Source: Candidatus Helarchaeota ASGARD archaeon Hel_GB_B (GTDB taxonomy: Archaea > Asgardarchaeota > Lokiarchaeia > Helarchaeales > HEL-GB-B). From it: a stretch of DNA of 32,000 nt. Shown here piece after piece: positions 27,429-32,000 of the stretch; positions within the stretch are counted from its first letter, which is position 1; each line of letters begins with the position of its first letter. The stretch covers positions 33,610 to 65,609 of the forward strand of contig SUPR01000005.1 in NCBI GenBank assembly GCA_005191425.1. The letters run 5' to 3'. The notes below the pieces were generated by a model. That model was not told the origin of the DNA, did no database searches, and saw only the letters and a program-made list of their open reading frames with translations. The translations under genes and the position numbers were made by a program.

Positions 27429-28949
27429 TTATGAATGTGTTTTTTCCCATAATCTAGCAGCTTCTTCCAAATTTAAAAATGAATCACCAGTATTAGAGTA
27501 TTTTTCTCGAATTTTTACGAGAACCGGGAAATTCACTGCGTTACCAACGATTAATGCTTCGCCTACAGGTAAATTTGAAATAAGTCCTAATGTTTCGCTT
27601 GATATTTGTTCCGATGACTTTTTTATATGGTCTAAATCAGACGGATTAGTGATCCGCATTATTATATGTGTGCCACATTGACTTAAAGCTGTAGTAGATA
27701 GTCTAACAGGACGTTGGCTAATTAAACATAAAGAAGCGCCAAATTTACGACCTTCTCTCGCATATGTCTCAATTATTTGCTTGGAAATGGCTTTTCCTTC
27801 GGGGCAAAACTGGTGAGCTTCCTCTAGAATTAATAGAAAAGGGCATATTTTTTTCTCTTTCCTCAAATTAAAGAGTCGTTCAGCAAAATAAGAAATTAGG
27901 ATTTGTTTATGTTTGATACTAATAGTTTCTGATAGATCAAGAATTAAAGCCTTACCTATTTCAATATGGTCCAATAACTTAGGATTTTCTTCGTCTGAAA
28001 ATATGTGCATATGTTCTAATGGGTCTAACCATCCCAATAGTGCTTCCTTACTTTTTATATTCATTTTTGGGTCGTCATTTATTTCTGAAATTAAGTCATT
28101 AAGAGAATAAGGACAATTTGGGTGTGATCGCCGATAATTATTTATGATTCTATTTAATTCTCGTATTTGGGCTGAAGATATATTCGATTGGAAGTTTGCA
28201 AAATGATATCCTGAAAGATATGTTGTATTAATCGTCATAAATGGACTTTTTATTATTTTTACTTGATTTGATAAATCTTTAATTTTTTTATTATTATTAT
28301 TTGGTTTTTTTCCTAAAGAAACATATTCACCATGGACATCTACTACTATAATCGAAATCCTTCCGTCTTCAATTTTTCGGTTTAATAATTCTTCAATTAG
28401 GACTGATGTGGTATAGCTTTTTCCTGCGCCTGACATTGCTAGAATTGCTAAATGTTTTTGGATGAACCTTGTTAAATTTATTTTCACATCAATTTCATCA
28501 TGGAAACATAATTTACCCATATTTAGACCTTTATCTGTATCCAATCCTATTAATTTGTTTAACGTTTCTTTATCAGCTAAATATACATTGTTTCCTGGAG
28601 ATGGTGGGAAAGATATTCTATCTAAATTTGAGTTATCATGGTCATAATAGCCAAGTGGTTTTGCTATTCCTATTGTATATTCCCATAACTCTGTAGGAAA
28701 AATTGATTGAATCCCTGTTTTGGTATCATATTCTTTTACAGATTCTGCTCTTGTAAAATATCGATTAGTTTTATATACATCTTGAATTATCGCGATAAAT
28801 TTTCCATCAGATTCGTCTAATTCAATATATTGCCCTCTTCTAATAGGGATATTTGATTTATTATTTACATTATCTAATACCACGAACCTAAATTGGTTTA
28901 CATTTGGTTCATTAAAAGAAGCAATAACTGTCCCTATTTTATGTGGCAA
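27429..28949 (-). CDS. herA: HerA DNA helicase/translocase (HAS barrel + ATPase)
   Basis: N-terminal HAS-like region, HLAILAMSGAGKS, VDVHGEY, LEEAHQF, EGRKFG..ISQRP; adjacent to nurA; TTG start with GAGGT SD. Confidence 0.9.
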   Translation of the reverse strand: MPHKIGTVIASFNEPNVNQFRFVVLDNVNNKSNIPIRRGQYIELDESDGKFIAIIQDVYKTNRYFTRAESVKEYDTKTGIQSIFPTELWEYTIGIAKPLGYYDHDNSNLDRISFPPSPGNNVYLADKETLNKLIGLDTDKGLNMGKLCFHDEIDVKINLTRFIQKHLAILAMSGAGKSYTTSVLIEELLNRKIEDGRISIIVVDVHGEYVSLGKKPNNNNKKIKDLSNQVKIIKSPFMTINTTYLSGYHFANFQSNISSAQIRELNRIINNYRRSHPNCPYSLNDLISEINDDPKMNIKSKEALLGWLDPLEHMHIFSDEENPKLLDHIEIGKALILDLSETISIKHKQILISYFAERLFNLRKEKKICPFLLILEEAHQFCPEGKAISKQIIETYAREGRKFGASLCLISQRPVRLSTTALSQCGTHIIMRITNPSDLDHIKKSSEQISSETLGLISNLPVGEALIVGNAVNFPVLVKIREKYSNTGDSFLNLEEAARLWEKTHS

Positions 28950-29073
28950 ATAATCAGTACCTCATTTTTTTCTTAATTTGTATTATCCAAAATAGTTATT
29001 TAAAATAAACTAATTTTAGTCGAATTAATAGCTAAAATTTAGCACCATCAAAGAATTTTATACTACTTTAGAA

Positions 29074-30243
29074 TCAAAATGGGCGTCTATTTCTTCTTAA
29101 TTTAAATAATAATGGTGACTTTTTACCTAATTTATCAAATAACGAATTATAAACTATATCTATATCTGTTTCATTCATCTTAGCTCTAGCATCTGCTTCA
29201 ATTAAAACGCTAGGAACTCCAAATTCAATATGTTGGTTTGATATTGGCAAAATTATTGAAGCAATTTGGTCGCACATTTTAATAATATTTTCTTTATTAC
29301 TTTCTGGGACAAGTACTTCAATTCTAGATGGCAGATCGAATGGTACTGACTTTAAATAAAATATTTTGATTTTATCTACCCAATAGTCATTGAAAATACT
29401 AAATACTCTTGGTAATTTATTTGCAAAATCATGATAATCAAATATTAATGACCTTTCTCCCACATCCAAAAATCGAAATAAAAAATCACTATCTCGGTTT
29501 TGAGCCAATAATTTTCTATAATTGTAATCGGAATTTAAAATATCTCTTAATTCAGGATATTTCTTAATTAAAATAGGTAGAAGTTGAATAAAAATTTTTA
29601 TAAAATGTGATGACCTTGTATCTTTAATGCAACCAGCCAAAAAAATGTTTCTATCTGTGCATTCATCAAAAAGTCTCTCATATTTTTTAACAATTTTATT
29701 ATATTTATTCGATAATGAGGCCTTGAGTCCAGTACGTTCTCTTAATTGTGGTAATATAGATCCATCAAGAAGAATTATATCTGGTTGTTCATTTAATACC
29801 CCTAACGAAATATCAATTTCTGAATTAATGCGTTCAAGATTTGCAAATAATTCTGACTCAATATTGGTGAATGGATCAAAAGAAGTTTTAATAATAGGGA
29901 ATTGATAATCTGATGGATAATATTTTACCATTGGCTTAATTTTTCCATAATTAAAAATTGCTGCAACAGCTCTTATTATTACTATGTCAAGTCCATGGTA
30001 TGATTTAGATATAAGTCCACCATCAATACCTGCGATCTTCAATCCTCTTAAACTAGCACTTTTTACTTCCTCATATAACTTATTTCCCCACAGATTTTTA
30101 GTTAAATTGGGTGGTAAAACTCTAAGGTCTATAATATCTTTAACTGACTTTAAAACTTTATTAAATTCATTTCTTTGCTTCTCTATTTTCGAAATTTGCT
30201 CCACAATTTCGTCCAATTTTAAAAAAAAATTTTGTATGTCCAT
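29074..30243 (-). CDS. nurA: NurA nuclease
   Basis: IAGIDGG and IILLDGS catalytic Asp motifs; GVPSVLIEADARAK; next to herA. Confidence 0.88.
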   Translation of the reverse strand: MDIQNFFLKLDEIVEQISKIEKQRNEFNKVLKSVKDIIDLRVLPPNLTKNLWGNKLYEEVKSASLRGLKIAGIDGGLISKSYHGLDIVIIRAVAAIFNYGKIKPMVKYYPSDYQFPIIKTSFDPFTNIESELFANLERINSEIDISLGVLNEQPDIILLDGSILPQLRERTGLKASLSNKYNKIVKKYERLFDECTDRNIFLAGCIKDTRSSHFIKIFIQLLPILIKKYPELRDILNSDYNYRKLLAQNRDSDFLFRFLDVGERSLIFDYHDFANKLPRVFSIFNDYWVDKIKIFYLKSVPFDLPSRIEVLVPESNKENIIKMCDQIASIILPISNQHIEFGVPSVLIEADARAKMNETDIDIVYNSLFDKLGKKSPLLFKLRRNRRPF

Positions 30244-30267
30244 AATTTTTCATCAATTTGACTGTGA

Positions 30268-31941
30268 CTATTTTAATATTGACTTTTTTTTATGATACTC
30301 TAATACTTTTTTAATAAACAAATTATAAATAGGACTAGGTCTATCAAATCTAGATTTATATTCAGGGTGAAATTGAACTCCAACGCAAAATGGATGTCCT
30401 TCTAGTTCAATTGCATTCACAATTCTCCGGTTTTTATCATAGGCAGAAATAATCATTTTAGGACTTGACTTTATATTATCAATATATTTTGGTATAATAT
30501 GGAACCTATGTCTGAATCGCTCTATAATCTTTTCTTTTTTATATGCTTCGTATAAAATAGTATTTTTCTCTAAAAATATTTGGTGTCCTCCTAATCGCAT
30601 AGTACCTCCCTTTTGTTTAATTTTCTTTTGTTCGGGAAGTAAATCAACCACTGGAAATTCAGTATCCGGGTTTATTTCGGTCGTGTTTGCTGTTTTTTTA
30701 TTTAAAATATCTCGGCAATAAGCTATATATAATAATTGACTTCCGAAACAAATTCCGAGAAATGGTATATCATTATGTAATGCAAATTTTGCGCACTCTA
30801 TCATTCCTTCTACTCCACGACTTCCAAATCCAGGTGTCAATAAAATTCCATCGATATTTCTCATTATATCACTCATTATTGATGGGTCTTTTTCAACTTT
30901 CTCTGTATTAATCCAATTTATATTAATTCCACAATGATTATAAGCTCCTGCATGTTTTAACGCTTCATTTATACTTACATAACTATCTACAATTGATGTA
31001 TATTTTCCAGGCATTGCTATATTAAGAATTATGCGTGGATTTCTATATAATTCAATGATTTTTTCCCATTCTTCTGTTTCTGAATTGCGATGGGGCAAAC
31101 GTAATAAATTCACAAGATAAGTTCCTAATCCTTGTTTTTCAAAAATTAATGGCAGTTCATAAATTATCTTCAAATCTGGATTGGAAATAACTGCTTCAAC
31201 GGGAACATTGCAATATAAACTAATTTTTTTTCTAATAGGAATTGTTAATTTGATATTAGACCGTCCTACAATAATATCTGGTTGTAATCCTGATTCTAAT
31301 AACTTTTTTACGCTATGTTGAGTTGGCTTTGATTTTAATTCTCCAATTAGTGAATTTGGTACAAGAGTAACATGTACTAATGCAAAATTTTCTTTCATTT
31401 CCTCCAATTTAAATTGTCTTAATGCTTCAAGGAAAGGCATTCCTTCAATATCACCAACAGTACCTCCAACTTCTGTAATTAGAATATCCGGCTTAAATAT
31501 CTCTGCTACTTTTCTAATCCTTGCTTTTATTTCATCAGTAATATGTGGTATAATTTGTAGCGTCCTACCTAAATATTCCTCTCCATATCGCTCTTTTAAT
31601 AACACTGAAAGATAGACTTGACCACTTGTTATATTGCATATTGGGTGCATATTCATTCCTTTTCCAAGAAAACGCTCATATGTCCCAAAATCTTGGTCAA
31701 TTTCTGATATTTTAAAACTCCAACCAGGCACTGGCTCAAAATTCCAAACTTCCTCTGTTACAAATACTTCTCCATGCTCAATAGGATTTAAAGTCCCAGG
31801 GTCTATATTAAGATACGGATCAATTTTTATCAAATTCACTTTATAATTTCTGAATTGAAACAATTTTGCAATAGATGCACTCGTAATTCCTTTTCCAATC
31901 CCGCTCATTACACCGCCAGTAATAAAGATATATTTTGTCAA
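30268..31941 (-). CDS. pyrG: CTP synthase
   Basis: [54 protein letters not shown]; TTG start. Confidence 0.97.
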   Translation of the reverse strand: MTKYIFITGGVMSGIGKGITSASIAKLFQFRNYKVNLIKIDPYLNIDPGTLNPIEHGEVFVTEEVWNFEPVPGWSFKISEIDQDFGTYERFLGKGMNMHPICNITSGQVYLSVLLKERYGEEYLGRTLQIIPHITDEIKARIRKVAEIFKPDILITEVGGTVGDIEGMPFLEALRQFKLEEMKENFALVHVTLVPNSLIGELKSKPTQHSVKKLLESGLQPDIIVGRSNIKLTIPIRKKISLYCNVPVEAVISNPDLKIIYELPLIFEKQGLGTYLVNLLRLPHRNSETEEWEKIIELYRNPRIILNIAMPGKYTSIVDSYVSINEALKHAGAYNHCGININWINTEKVEKDPSIMSDIMRNIDGILLTPGFGSRGVEGMIECAKFALHNDIPFLGICFGSQLLYIAYCRDILNKKTANTTEINPDTEFPVVDLLPEQKKIKQKGGTMRLGGHQIFLEKNTILYEAYKKEKIIERFRHRFHIIPKYIDNIKSSPKMIISAYDKNRRIVNAIELEGHPFCVGVQFHPEYKSRFDRPSPIYNLFIKKVLEYHKKKSILK

Positions 31942-32000
31942 GTATCTTCATCTCATGCCATATTTTAAAAATGAAAATTTATTCTTAACTAATTAAAAAC

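Noticed and set aside
5633-30270. Genome-wide TAG or TGA reassignment
   Set aside because: TAG terminates ftsY, bfr and pyrG, and TGA terminates nurA and two other genes, at plausible ends. Long core genes contain no internal stops.
2963-31846. Track ORFs antisense or off-frame to real genes (2963-3220, 3497-3751, 4860-5084, 5850-6041, 8381-8575, 13634-13903, 15011-15193, 15866-16093, 16955-17455, 19250-19441, 19550-19735, 19742-20071, 20186-20557, 21094-21282, 21437-21628, 22989-23210, 23045-23254, 27913-28110, 28462-28647, 28469-28696, 29627-29905, 29984-30295, 30687-30911, 31634-31846)
   Set aside because: They overlap better-supported genes, have Ile/Leu/Phe/Ser-rich shadow composition and show no motifs.
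1-32000. tRNA, rRNA, CRISPR array, IS/integrase
   Set aside because: No GC-rich cloverleaf or T-loop motif, no regularly spaced repeats, and no transposase or recombinase ORF were seen.

Overview
Very AT-rich (about one quarter GC by eye, not computed) archaeal chromosomal segment. It is most consistent with an Asgard archaeon because it carries three longin-like proteins, a short-tailed histone and a multi-OB RPA with a Zn finger. Recognisable core genes: rpl18a-pfdA-ftsY-dtdA, rpa, glyS, leuC/leuD-type hydro-lyase subunits, ogg, and pyrG-nurA-herA-rio2-DUF460. Reading beyond the ORF track gave two missed small genes (an MM0924-like Sm-fold protein at 7884-8063 and a CxxC/CPxCG metal-binding peptide at 9534-9689) and three otherwise intact-looking genes broken by in-frame stops. 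These are a second ferritin-like gene (TAG aligned with Gln of its tandem paralog), a membrane protein (TGA at a probable Trp), and an unlisted HesB-like/CC-Se-motif-like gene (TGA at the expected Sec/Cys position plus a TAA, followed by a structured 3' element). Point-mutation decay or assembly error is the most parsimonious reading; recoding (Sec, Pyl, readthrough) is testable. No rRNA, tRNA, CRISPR array, transposase or integrase was recognised.
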